A DNA stretch of 60,506 nt, taken from NCBI GenBank assembly GCA_035285865.1, contig JAYKHS010000018.1, positions 1-60,506 on the forward strand, given 5' to 3'. The notes under the pieces are model-generated. The model searched no databases. It worked only from the letters and a program-made list of their open reading frames with translations, and was not told the DNA's origin. Numbering within the stretch: the first letter of the stretch is position 1; every line of letters begins with the position of its first letter. This stretch comes from Candidatus Sericytochromatia bacterium (lineage in GTDB: Bacteria; Cyanobacteriota; Sericytochromatia; S15B-MN24; VGJW01). Both the position numbers and the translations under genes were made by a program. Shown piece after piece: positions 36,958 through 45,264 of the stretch.

Positions 36958-38499
36958 ATGCCCCGACGCCCCGACCAACCGACCGGCACCGTTCGGCGCG
37001 CCTGCGTGCCGGCGTCGACCGCCCTCGCGGTCATCGGTGCCCTTGCAGCCGGACCGTTTCTGGGGACGATGCCCGCCAGCGCCGCCGAAGGCCCCAAAGC
37101 CTCGGCACTGACGGACGTTCCGCCCAATCACTGGGCCTATAACGCCATCAAGGTGCTGATGGAACGCTACCGCATCATGGGCAGCTTCCCGGACAACACC
37201 TTCCGTGGGGAGAAGGTGGTCAGCCGCTACGAACTGGCGGCCATCCTGGCACTGGTCATGGACCGCGTCAACGCGCGCGGCGACGAACGCCTTACGGACG
37301 CAAACCGCGCCCTCGTCGACAAGCTGGCGGCAGAGTTCCGCACCGAACTCGCGTCGCGGGCCGCGATGCAGGAGCGCCTGAGCCAGCTCGAGAAGCAGCA
37401 GGGCGAGCTGACGACCCAGCTCACGGAGCTCAAGCAGCAGATCGGGGGCACCAACAAGGTCTCGGCGCATGTCGACAGCTCGATCATCGACGATCCCGAA
37501 GACAAGCTCTATCCCCACTGGACCAGTTCGACCCGCGTCGGTTTCTCCGGCAAGGTCAACGATGTCACCACAGCCACCTTCGGCATCGGCGGCGGCTACG
37601 GGGCTCGACAGACCAGCGTCTCACCCGCCATCGCCGGCGCCTCGAAGCCACCGGCCGGTGAGATGCGTCTGTCCGGCACGGCGGCCTTCACGACGAAGCT
37701 CAAGGGCGACCAGACACTGACGACCCGCTTCGGCTCCTTCGGTTTGGGTGCCCTGATGAACCTCAAGGGCTATGCCAGCCACTGGGGGGACGGCCTCATC
37801 GGCTCCGGTCTTGCCGAACCCTCGGGCTATGTTTCCCGCGGTGGTCGGGACCAGGGCTTCGCGGCCAAGGTGGACATGTCCGGGCTGTCCGTCGCCGCCG
37901 GCGTGAACTCGTACCTGATGGCAGGCTATGTCGGCTATGACTTCGGCCTGGGCGACCTGAACCTGATCGCTGACGTGGACCACAACAGCATCGGCGCCGT
38001 GACCCTGCCCCAGGCACAGGCATTCGCGGTGTCTTCGGCCCTGAACCTGGGTTCCGAGCAGTTGGGCCTGCAGCTTCAGGGCGGCGTCCGTGGCAGCCTC
38101 AGCCCGAACGGCATTCTGCAGAACATGACGACGGCGGCAGGCGCCCAGACAATCGCCAACCTCTGGGGCATGGAGGTCGCTGCAGGCGCCGGCCTGAGGC
38201 AGGGCCCCGAGAAAACCAACACCACCCTGCAGCTCCAACCGGCCGCCTATGTGTTCCGCCCCGCCGACGGATGGATTCCGTCCGTCCTGCTGGGCACGAC
38301 GACACCGTTCACGCTGGCCGGCAAGAAGACGGGCGAAGGCTCGCTGCTGGGCGACAAGGCCGGCTGGACGGTCCAGCTCGGCATCGACAACCCCATCCTG
38401 CCCAACCTCGTGGTCGAAGCCAGCCTCCAGCAGGACATCCTCTTCGGCAGCAAGTACGACGGCTGGGCCTACGCCATCTTCAGCGGGGTGGACTTCTGA
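36958..38499 (+). CDS. SLH-domain outer-membrane porin-like protein (cyanobacterial SLH/coiled-coil/beta-barrel architecture)
   Basis: Signal peptide, SLH TDVPPNHWAYNAI...FPDNTFRG...SRYELA, coiled coil, beta-strands and terminal Phe (GVDF). Confidence 0.88.
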   Translation: MPRRPDQPTGTVRRACVPASTALAVIGALAAGPFLGTMPASAAEGPKASALTDVPPNHWAYNAIKVLMERYRIMGSFPDNTFRGEKVVSRYELAAILALVMDRVNARGDERLTDANRALVDKLAAEFRTELASRAAMQERLSQLEKQQGELTTQLTELKQQIGGTNKVSAHVDSSIIDDPEDKLYPHWTSSTRVGFSGKVNDVTTATFGIGGGYGARQTSVSPAIAGASKPPAGEMRLSGTAAFTTKLKGDQTLTTRFGSFGLGALMNLKGYASHWGDGLIGSGLAEPSGYVSRGGRDQGFAAKVDMSGLSVAAGVNSYLMAGYVGYDFGLGDLNLIADVDHNSIGAVTLPQAQAFAVSSALNLGSEQLGLQLQGGVRGSLSPNGILQNMTTAAGAQTIANLWGMEVAAGAGLRQGPEKTNTTLQLQPAAYVFRPADGWIPSVLLGTTTPFTLAGKKTGEGSLLGDKAGWTVQLGIDNPILPNLVVEASLQQDILFGSKYDGWAYAIFSGVDF

Positions 38500-39233
38500 T
38501 CCGACGGTCGGCACCTGCGGGACTGGCCCTGCTGCTGGCCGCCCCGCTCGCCGCCTGTCCCGGATCGGGGATTTCCCTGTCGGCCGGCGCCCTTGGCGGC
38601 AAGCTGACCTATCTGGATCGTCCCGCCCCCGGCAAGCGGGTCTCTCTGCTCACTCTGAAGGGCAGCAACTGGGTCGATGCCTTGGACACCAACGGCAGCC
38701 CGTTGACGGCCCAGGCCGATGGCGCAGGCGTCTACCAGTTCGCCGCGCTGTCAGGCGGAACTTACCGCGTGGTGTACCTTGCGCAGGAGGTGCCCGACGG
38801 CAACGGTGCCCCGCTGCCATCCCGCGAGGTCGCGACGTGGACCAGCGCGGACATCGGCCATCGGACCGGTGGAACTTCTGCCGTGCCCGACATCGAAGTC
38901 ACCTACAACGGCCTCGTCTATCCGGACACCGGACAGTCCTACCCGGTCTCGGCCGAACTGCCCCTGCCCTTCCACTGGGCCACGCACCGCCACGGCAGGC
39001 GCTATCGCCTGATCGTGTACGGCAACCGGGAGGGACGCCCGCCCGCGTTCTACCAGGGGCCCTGGACCGAAACGCCCTCAGCCGTGCTGGCGCAAGAAGC
39101 ACAGCCGGACCTCTACGCCTGGGAAGTATTCATCGACGGCGGGCCCAATGGCGAAGGGCGCTCCGGGCGACGCAATCTGGACCTGAAACCACCGGCCCAG
39201 ACCGAACCCCCGGCGGAGGAGCCCGCTCCCTAG
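38496..39233 (+). CDS. Lipoprotein with carboxypeptidase-regulatory-like/Ig domains (probable CTG start)
   Basis: (M)IRRSAPAGLALLLAAPLAAC lipobox; ADGAGVYQF..L.GGTYRV; CTGA overlap with the porin stop. Confidence 0.65.
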   Translation: MIRRSAPAGLALLLAAPLAACPGSGISLSAGALGGKLTYLDRPAPGKRVSLLTLKGSNWVDALDTNGSPLTAQADGAGVYQFAALSGGTYRVVYLAQEVPDGNGAPLPSREVATWTSADIGHRTGGTSAVPDIEVTYNGLVYPDTGQSYPVSAELPLPFHWATHRHGRRYRLIVYGNREGRPPAFYQGPWTETPSAVLAQEAQPDLYAWEVFIDGGPNGEGRSGRRNLDLKPPAQTEPPAEEPAP

Positions 39234-39940
39234 GAGCGCCCCTTCGACCTGCTGCGCACGCTCCGCGGACGACGCCTGATGTCCGGCCAGACCCGAACGG
39301 CGGCGAGGCCCACCATGAAGCCGCCGACGTGGGCCCACCAGGCGACTCCCCCGCCAGCAGCAGAAGCCACGTCCAGTCGGGACACGGTGGCCGAGAAAGC
39401 CTGCACCACGAACCACCAGGCCAGGAACCACCATGCACGGATCTTCGGGAACAGCACGAAGATGCCGAGCAGGAGCAACGTGCGGACCCGGGCGTCCGGG
39501 AAGAGGACCATGTAAAGCCCAAGCACGCCCGCGATGGCACCCGAGGCCCCGATGATCGGCACGGTGGATCCCGGCTCGATCAGGGCCTGCGCCACGAAGG
39601 CCAGGGCACCGGCGAGCAGGTAGAAGAATAGGTAGCGGACGTGCCCGAGGCGACCCTCGACGTTGTCCCCGAAGACGAACAGAAACCACATGTTGCCCAA
39701 CAGGTGAAGCCAGCCGCCGTGCAGGAAGATGGCCGTCAGCAGGACATCCAGACCATCGGCCCGGCCGCGGGCAAGGGCGCCCCAGAAGCTCGCCGGCACC
39801 ACGCCATGCCGCTCCATGACGCCGCCGAGCGCATCCCCCAGTTGCAACTGCCAGAGAAAGGTTCCCGCAGTCAGCAGGATCAGGCCCAGATTGACGAACG
39901 CAAAGCGCTCGGAAGGCAAGTCGTCCTTGAGTGGAAACAT
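39230..39940 (-). CDS. Rhomboid intramembrane serine protease
   Basis: FLHGGWLHLLGNM, GASGAIAG, AHVGGF. Confidence 0.95.
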   Translation of the reverse strand: MFPLKDDLPSERFAFVNLGLILLTAGTFLWQLQLGDALGGVMERHGVVPASFWGALARGRADGLDVLLTAIFLHGGWLHLLGNMWFLFVFGDNVEGRLGHVRYLFFYLLAGALAFVAQALIEPGSTVPIIGASGAIAGVLGLYMVLFPDARVRTLLLLGIFVLFPKIRAWWFLAWWFVVQAFSATVSRLDVASAAGGGVAWWAHVGGFMVGLAAVRVWPDIRRRPRSVRSRSKGRS

Positions 39941-39949
39941 CGGCTCTCG

Positions 39950-41809
39950 TCAGCGGAAGGACGCCGTCGCCACGAGGTGAGCACCCGTGCGCGTGAATGA
40001 GTCATCCGATGAAAGATAGTACTCGTTGCCCTCTCGGGGGCCCTTCCACTCGTTGGCTCCGTCCGCCGCAGTACCCTTCGGCCAGACCTCGAAGTACCCG
40101 GTCCGGTCGATGAAACCGGACGTCGAGGAAACGATGCTATTGGGCGAATCGACGAGCGGCTCGTTCGGGCTGGGTGTCTTGCCGGCCGCAGGCGTCCGGA
40201 TCAGCGGTGGCTCGAGCAGGGGATTGACGAAGGGCGTGCGGTGCCACGTCCAGCTGTCGGTCGCCGCCGGGTTGGCGCGGTCGTAGGACATCCAGATGAA
40301 GTTGGTATTCGCCTCGACGTAGGCGGTCGTCGTGTTGGTCTTGTCCGGGCGAGCATCCTCCCAGAGATAGAAGAAGGTCTGCATGGGCGGCGCATTGAAT
40401 TTATTGACCGTGCCATCCGGATAGAAGTACTGCTGCAGGTCTCCGGGTGCCGGGGTCACGGGGACCGAGTCCGCACCCCACTGGTAGCGCCCGTAGGTCA
40501 CGAGCCTGTAACCCAGATTTCCATCCGCCCTGAAGACCTGGCCGGACATGGTCGCTCCGGCCGACAGGCTCCGGCCGACGTTGTCGAGCACGCCAGGGAA
40601 CCAATTGAAATCCGGAGGCACCGTGTTGGCACCGAGCTCCGTCTCCACCGACTCACGGGAAACGTTGAGCGCCTTGAGCTCCATGCCGCCACTGGAAACG
40701 TAGATGTACTTGCCGGTGATTTCCGATGGCTTGAAGGTCTGTTTGTCCCCCTTGCCGTCGATGCGGCCCTCCGTGACGGCCGCAAGGTAGAAGCGCAGCA
40801 AGCGGTCCGAGCGACGCTGATCGACACCCAGGGTCGCCGCGGTGCCCGCAAGATATTCCCTCAGGTCCAGACGACAATAGACGGCCACACGCCCGCCGCT
40901 GGGCATCTCGTAGAGCTTCTTGTAGAAAGGCGTGTCCAGCAGGTTCATCGGGGCCGGATACTCGGCCGTCCTGTTGGGCCACTGCTCCCCGGTCGGCCGA
41001 TAGGTGGATTCAGCCGGGATGTACTTGGCTTCGAGGGGAGTCGGCGAAGGTCCGGGAACGGAGGGAGCCGGGGTCGCGGGCAAGCCGGTGGCGGCCGCAC
41101 CCGCAGTCAGGGGCAACAACTGCTCGTACCAGAAGCTGTGCTTGACCGCCTTGTGGCCATTGCGCGGATCGCCGCCCGCGCTCACGGTCGTCAGATAACC
41201 GTCGCCGGGGAACAGCGCACCCGTCTGGGCGTCCTTTCGCTGCGCGATGATGATCGGAAAGGACGTCACTCCGGCACCGGTGTACCAGTCGTCATCGATC
41301 TTCGTGTCGCGGGGCACCAGGCGCCAGTATCGGGTCATCGCGGCAAAGGAGGCTGCGCTGCTGTTCCAATTGCCGTCGAACAGGCGCCAGTCGCAGAACG
41401 CGGGCCAATTTCGGGGATTGGCCAGCAGGGTCAACTGCAGCAGCGGCTTGTGACGCAGCATCGCGTCGGCAGTCTGGGCCGGGTAGAGCGCATTGATGTC
41501 CAATTCCGACGTGGTGCGCGTGGTCGCGGCCGAGTAGTGTCCGGCCTCGACGGTCGGGCTGAACGTACCGTTCACCGTCCAGTAGGCCATCAGCATCTTG
41601 TCCATGCCGGACAGGATTTCCGTTTCGGCGAACCGCAAGGCCAGATCGGCATCCTCTCGGGAGGACAGTTGCCGCGCGAGGTTCTTGCCCACCTTCTGAT
41701 CCGTGAGCACGCGCAACACGACCGCCGTCACCAGGCCTGTCATGACCACCGAGATCACGATCGCGAAGACCAACGCGAAACCCCGCGACGCCCGGCCTCG
41801 GTCACGCAT
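39950..41809 (-). CDS. Large PilX/GspK-like minor pilin
   Basis: Class III signal RG|FALVFAIV lacking Glu5; third gene of a translationally coupled pilin trio. Confidence 0.75.
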   Translation of the reverse strand: MRDRGRASRGFALVFAIVISVVMTGLVTAVVLRVLTDQKVGKNLARQLSSREDADLALRFAETEILSGMDKMLMAYWTVNGTFSPTVEAGHYSAATTRTTSELDINALYPAQTADAMLRHKPLLQLTLLANPRNWPAFCDWRLFDGNWNSSAASFAAMTRYWRLVPRDTKIDDDWYTGAGVTSFPIIIAQRKDAQTGALFPGDGYLTTVSAGGDPRNGHKAVKHSFWYEQLLPLTAGAAATGLPATPAPSVPGPSPTPLEAKYIPAESTYRPTGEQWPNRTAEYPAPMNLLDTPFYKKLYEMPSGGRVAVYCRLDLREYLAGTAATLGVDQRRSDRLLRFYLAAVTEGRIDGKGDKQTFKPSEITGKYIYVSSGGMELKALNVSRESVETELGANTVPPDFNWFPGVLDNVGRSLSAGATMSGQVFRADGNLGYRLVTYGRYQWGADSVPVTPAPGDLQQYFYPDGTVNKFNAPPMQTFFYLWEDARPDKTNTTTAYVEANTNFIWMSYDRANPAATDSWTWHRTPFVNPLLEPPLIRTPAAGKTPSPNEPLVDSPNSIVSSTSGFIDRTGYFEVWPKGTAADGANEWKGPREGNEYYLSSDDSFTRTGAHLVATASFR

Positions 41810-42783
41810 CACAAGGACCCTCCCTGGGGAAGCGGTACGTTGCGGGCATAGGCATAACCCTCGACCACCACGCCGTCCAAGGGCTCGCCATCCCCGTTGC
41901 GCTGGTTGCCGCCCGGAAGCGCTGCCCGGCCCGGATCGCCAGCCATGAAATTCCAGGCCACTTCATAGGGGCTCAGCAAGTTCGAGTTGGCCGCCGGATG
42001 ATCGAGCAGCAGACGAAAAACCGTCTTGACGCCCTCAGGGGCATAGACGGGCAAGCCGTCCGGTCCCTCGCCGGGCACGACCGTCGCAAGCACCAGACCC
42101 TGCGTCGCCCCGCAATTCAGCGTCGCAGCGGTGTTGCTCGCCCCCGTCCAGTGCTGGCCATTGAGCGCCGTGTCGGACGCCACGAAGCGGACGACATGCT
42201 CGGGCAGCGGGCCACCCGCCGCGCGGTAGTTGACGTCCATGCGAAACTGCTCGCCCGTGGCCGTATTGATGGTGCCGGTACAGGCCATCGACAACCGGAT
42301 CAGACGGTTCCAGAGCCCCTCCCCCTTGCGCTCGTCGGCCGTGGGATTGCGCGGATCCGCAGGGCCATTCGTCCGCATGTAGGCCACGAATTGGGGCGTC
42401 TCCATCGTGCCCAGCAACATCACGAGGGCGTCCGTGGGCAGGCCGTTGGAGAGCGAACCCGAGCGCAGCTCGTCGCCCCAAGCGGCAGGGACGGTCATCT
42501 GCCCGTTGCCCGGAAGCCATGTCGACACGGACAGGCCGCCAACCTTGACCCCGGAATCCACCACGATCCGGGTCGAATGATAGATGTAGCGGGCTACACG
42601 GATGTCATCACCCAGCCGGACGGTCGCGAAGCGCGACTGCCCCAGCGCGGAGGACTTGGCGTTGACCTTGGCGGCGTACCCGCCCCAGCGACGCGTCAGT
42701 TCAAAGGAGGTCGCCACCACGATCGAAAATACGACGATGCCGGAAACCAGCTCGACCAGCGTGAACCCCCGACGCCTGCTCAT
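41809..42783 (-). CDS. PilW/GspJ-like minor pilin
   Basis: MSRRRG|FTLVELVSGIVV prepilin motif. Confidence 0.85.
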   Translation of the reverse strand: MSRRRGFTLVELVSGIVVFSIVVATSFELTRRWGGYAAKVNAKSSALGQSRFATVRLGDDIRVARYIYHSTRIVVDSGVKVGGLSVSTWLPGNGQMTVPAAWGDELRSGSLSNGLPTDALVMLLGTMETPQFVAYMRTNGPADPRNPTADERKGEGLWNRLIRLSMACTGTINTATGEQFRMDVNYRAAGGPLPEHVVRFVASDTALNGQHWTGASNTAATLNCGATQGLVLATVVPGEGPDGLPVYAPEGVKTVFRLLLDHPAANSNLLSPYEVAWNFMAGDPGRAALPGGNQRNGDGEPLDGVVVEGYAYARNVPLPQGGSL

Positions 42784-43772
42784 TGCCCCAGCACCCGACC
42801 CGAAATGACGACGGAGGAGCTGGCGAGTTCCTTTTGGTACTTGCCCCCGTCCACGAAGGACCAGTCGCCCGAGAAGTCTTTGGCCTGATACGTTCTTGCG
42901 ACCACGATACGGGTCATGCAATCGACGAACTCGCTCGAGAAGCCACCGCGCTCGGAAGGCTTTCGGCCCGCCCGTGTATCGAACACGAAGAGACGGCCCG
43001 TGTCTAGACGGCCGGCGGTGCGCGGCGAACCGATGGCCGAATCGGCCAGCAGGGCGTAGGCCCTGCTCGATAGGCCGGTGGCGGGCAGAATGCCGGATGC
43101 ATCCGAACCCACGTGGATGGTGTTGGCCGACTCCGTGATGCCGGACATGTCCTCGGTGCCCTTCTCGACGTTGCGCATCGCCGCGTCGGACAGGCCGAAG
43201 CACTGCAGGCGCACGACATACCGCACGCCGTTAGGCTCTGCAAGCGACGTCGCGAACTCGCTCTGCTCATCCACGACTGTGGACAGCTCGCGACCGGAAT
43301 TATTGAACTTGAAGGGCGTGGCGAAGGGGGTCTCGTTAAACCAGTCGCCATAGAGATTGGAGACGTCCAGCACGAGCTGACCATTGACCGTCTTGGTCGG
43401 AATGGCCGCCAGGGAGCGGCCTGGCGGAGCCTCGATGGGTCTGCCGTTGTCCGGAAAGAGGTCGAAGAAATACTGAGTGACTTGAGCACGCTGCTGAAGC
43501 AGGCGATAGGCCCGGTCATAGCGCTGGCCGTCCGTCATGAACGCCAACGAATTCTCGGTGGCGAGATCGGCGAGGATGCCATCCAGCACACGATCCGACA
43601 GGCTCTGCGCGTAGGGTCCCTCCATGGCCCTGTTGCCCGATCTCGAGAAATTCATCAGCAGTTGGGCCATGGAACTCAGGACGATGCCCATCACGGCCGC
43701 AGCCACGAGGTTCTCGACGAGCGTGAAACCCCTCGCCCGCCACCGCGTGGGGAAAGAGCCCGAAGGTCGCAT
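42780..43772 (-). CDS. PilV/GspI-like minor pilin
   Basis: RARG|FTLVENLVAAAVMGIV prepilin motif. Confidence 0.85.
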   Translation of the reverse strand: MRPSGSFPTRWRARGFTLVENLVAAAVMGIVLSSMAQLLMNFSRSGNRAMEGPYAQSLSDRVLDGILADLATENSLAFMTDGQRYDRAYRLLQQRAQVTQYFFDLFPDNGRPIEAPPGRSLAAIPTKTVNGQLVLDVSNLYGDWFNETPFATPFKFNNSGRELSTVVDEQSEFATSLAEPNGVRYVVRLQCFGLSDAAMRNVEKGTEDMSGITESANTIHVGSDASGILPATGLSSRAYALLADSAIGSPRTAGRLDTGRLFVFDTRAGRKPSERGGFSSEFVDCMTRIVVARTYQAKDFSGDWSFVDGGKYQKELASSSVVISGRVLGQ

Positions 43773-43854
43773 GCCTGCATCGTTCCCCCCCTTTCCGCAT
43801 GCCTAACGGACGAGGGTCCCTTGACGACCGGGTCACCAGGGGCAACCTCACCGC

Positions 43855-44706
43855 ATGCGTCCGAGACGGCTCCTGGCGGATGCGATCCTCGTGGGCCTCG
43901 CGGCATGGTGTTCGGGGTGTCTCTGGGGCCTGACGGCCCAGGTGTCCTCAGCCGGGAGAGGATCGGCGCTGCCGGGCAGAACGGCCGCCCGGGACAGAGT
44001 CCTGATGGTCGCCGTCCTCGACGACCTGCGGCCTCCGGGGGCGCAGGCCCTGCAAGGGCACGCCGACGCGCTGCTGCTGATACGCCGCTCTTCCAAAGGC
44101 CTGCAACTCCTGGCGATACCCCGGGACACTTGGCTAGAGCGTGCCGGATGCAAGGCCAATGGCCTGAACTGGCGCCTGCCCCCGAAACAAGCGCGCCTGG
44201 CGCTCGGCGAGGCCCTCGGCATCCGCATCGACGGGCACGTGGTGATGACCCTCGACGCAGTCGCTCGGATCGTGGACGGCCTGGGCGGCACCCTGGTCGA
44301 CATCCCGCACGCCCTGCACGACGAGGACCGGACGGCGGGCTGGCACATCAACATTCCGGCCGGACACCGCCGCCTCGACGGGCGGAGCACCGTCCAGTGG
44401 CTGCGATACCGGGGCGAGGGCAGCGACCTCGATCGCATGCGGCGATTGGCGGCACTGGGCCCGCGACTGGTCCGGGCCCTGCCGGATCCGGTGGGACTGG
44501 TCGGACTGGCAACGGCCCTGTCCGGCACGTGGTCGTGTGACGAGCCCGTGACCGAGTGGGGCTCCTGGCGCACGGCCGGCCGGGGTCCGATCACTTGGAA
44601 CGGCCTGCCCGGCCGACCGGAACGCATCGGGGACCGCTGGGTGTGGCGGGCACGGACGGAGGAGGCCCGGCATTTGCTGGGCCTCGAGGCGCGTCAGTCC
44701 AGATAG
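43855..44706 (+). CDS. LytR-CpsA-Psr (LCP) family protein, divergent
   Basis: AIPRDT, IVDGLGG, LDG...LRYR...SDLDRMRR. Confidence 0.8.
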   Translation: MRPRRLLADAILVGLAAWCSGCLWGLTAQVSSAGRGSALPGRTAARDRVLMVAVLDDLRPPGAQALQGHADALLLIRRSSKGLQLLAIPRDTWLERAGCKANGLNWRLPPKQARLALGEALGIRIDGHVVMTLDAVARIVDGLGGTLVDIPHALHDEDRTAGWHINIPAGHRRLDGRSTVQWLRYRGEGSDLDRMRRLAALGPRLVRALPDPVGLVGLATALSGTWSCDEPVTEWGSWRTAGRGPITWNGLPGRPERIGDRWVWRARTEEARHLLGLEARQSR

Positions 44707-45200
44707 AAACTGGTGACGACCTTGTGCTTCTCCTGAGCGTATTTCACGGAATCCATCAGGGTCGTGCTGCTGTGGTAGAGGAAGCAGATCAGTTGCTGGC
44801 AGGAGTCGATGATCTCCTGGTTGCACATCTGCGACGCCTGAGCCAAGGTCAACAGGCGCCGTTCGGCGTGCTCGCGGACAGTGGGAAGCGCCTGCAGAAG
44901 CTCCTGACTCTCGGACGACTGCTGGGAGAGGGTCTGGGGCAGAATGACCTGAAGATTGCCGGGGTTTGCACGCTGGACACCCTTGATGACGGCAGAGTTG
45001 GTTCCGGCCGCACCGCTGGTGATGATGGTATTTCCGGTAAGGGCCAGCGCGTAGGCCAGCATCTCGATCAGCTGCTGGTGGGTCAGCGAGATGTGCCGGG
45101 TGCCCAGAATGGCGATCTTCTTCGCCCCGGACGTCTGGATGGTCTGGAGCTCTGCCATGAAGGCATCCACGGTGGCGGGAACCTGGATCGAAGTATCCAT
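44694..45200 (-). CDS. Short DprA/Smf-like Rossmann-fold protein (cyanobacterial DNA recombination-mediator A type)
   Basis: KKIAILGTRH, ITSGAAGTNSAVI.G, VILPQ, CNQEII, H.S.TL. Confidence 0.8.
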   Translation of the reverse strand: MDTSIQVPATVDAFMAELQTIQTSGAKKIAILGTRHISLTHQQLIEMLAYALALTGNTIITSGAAGTNSAVIKGVQRANPGNLQVILPQTLSQQSSESQELLQALPTVREHAERRLLTLAQASQMCNQEIIDSCQQLICFLYHSSTTLMDSVKYAQEKHKVVTSFYLD

Positions 45201-45244
45201 GCGCGGTCGAGACCTGCTGACGTTGGAGTGCCTTGCTTGTGCCG

Positions 45245-45256
45245 CATGCTAGCATG
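45245..45256. promoter_or_regulatory. Perfect palindrome CATGCTAGCATG between the divergent dprA-like gene and pcrA
   Basis: Reads as the extended -10 TGnTAGCAT on both strands. Confidence 0.5.
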
Positions 45257-45264
45257 GGGGTCCC

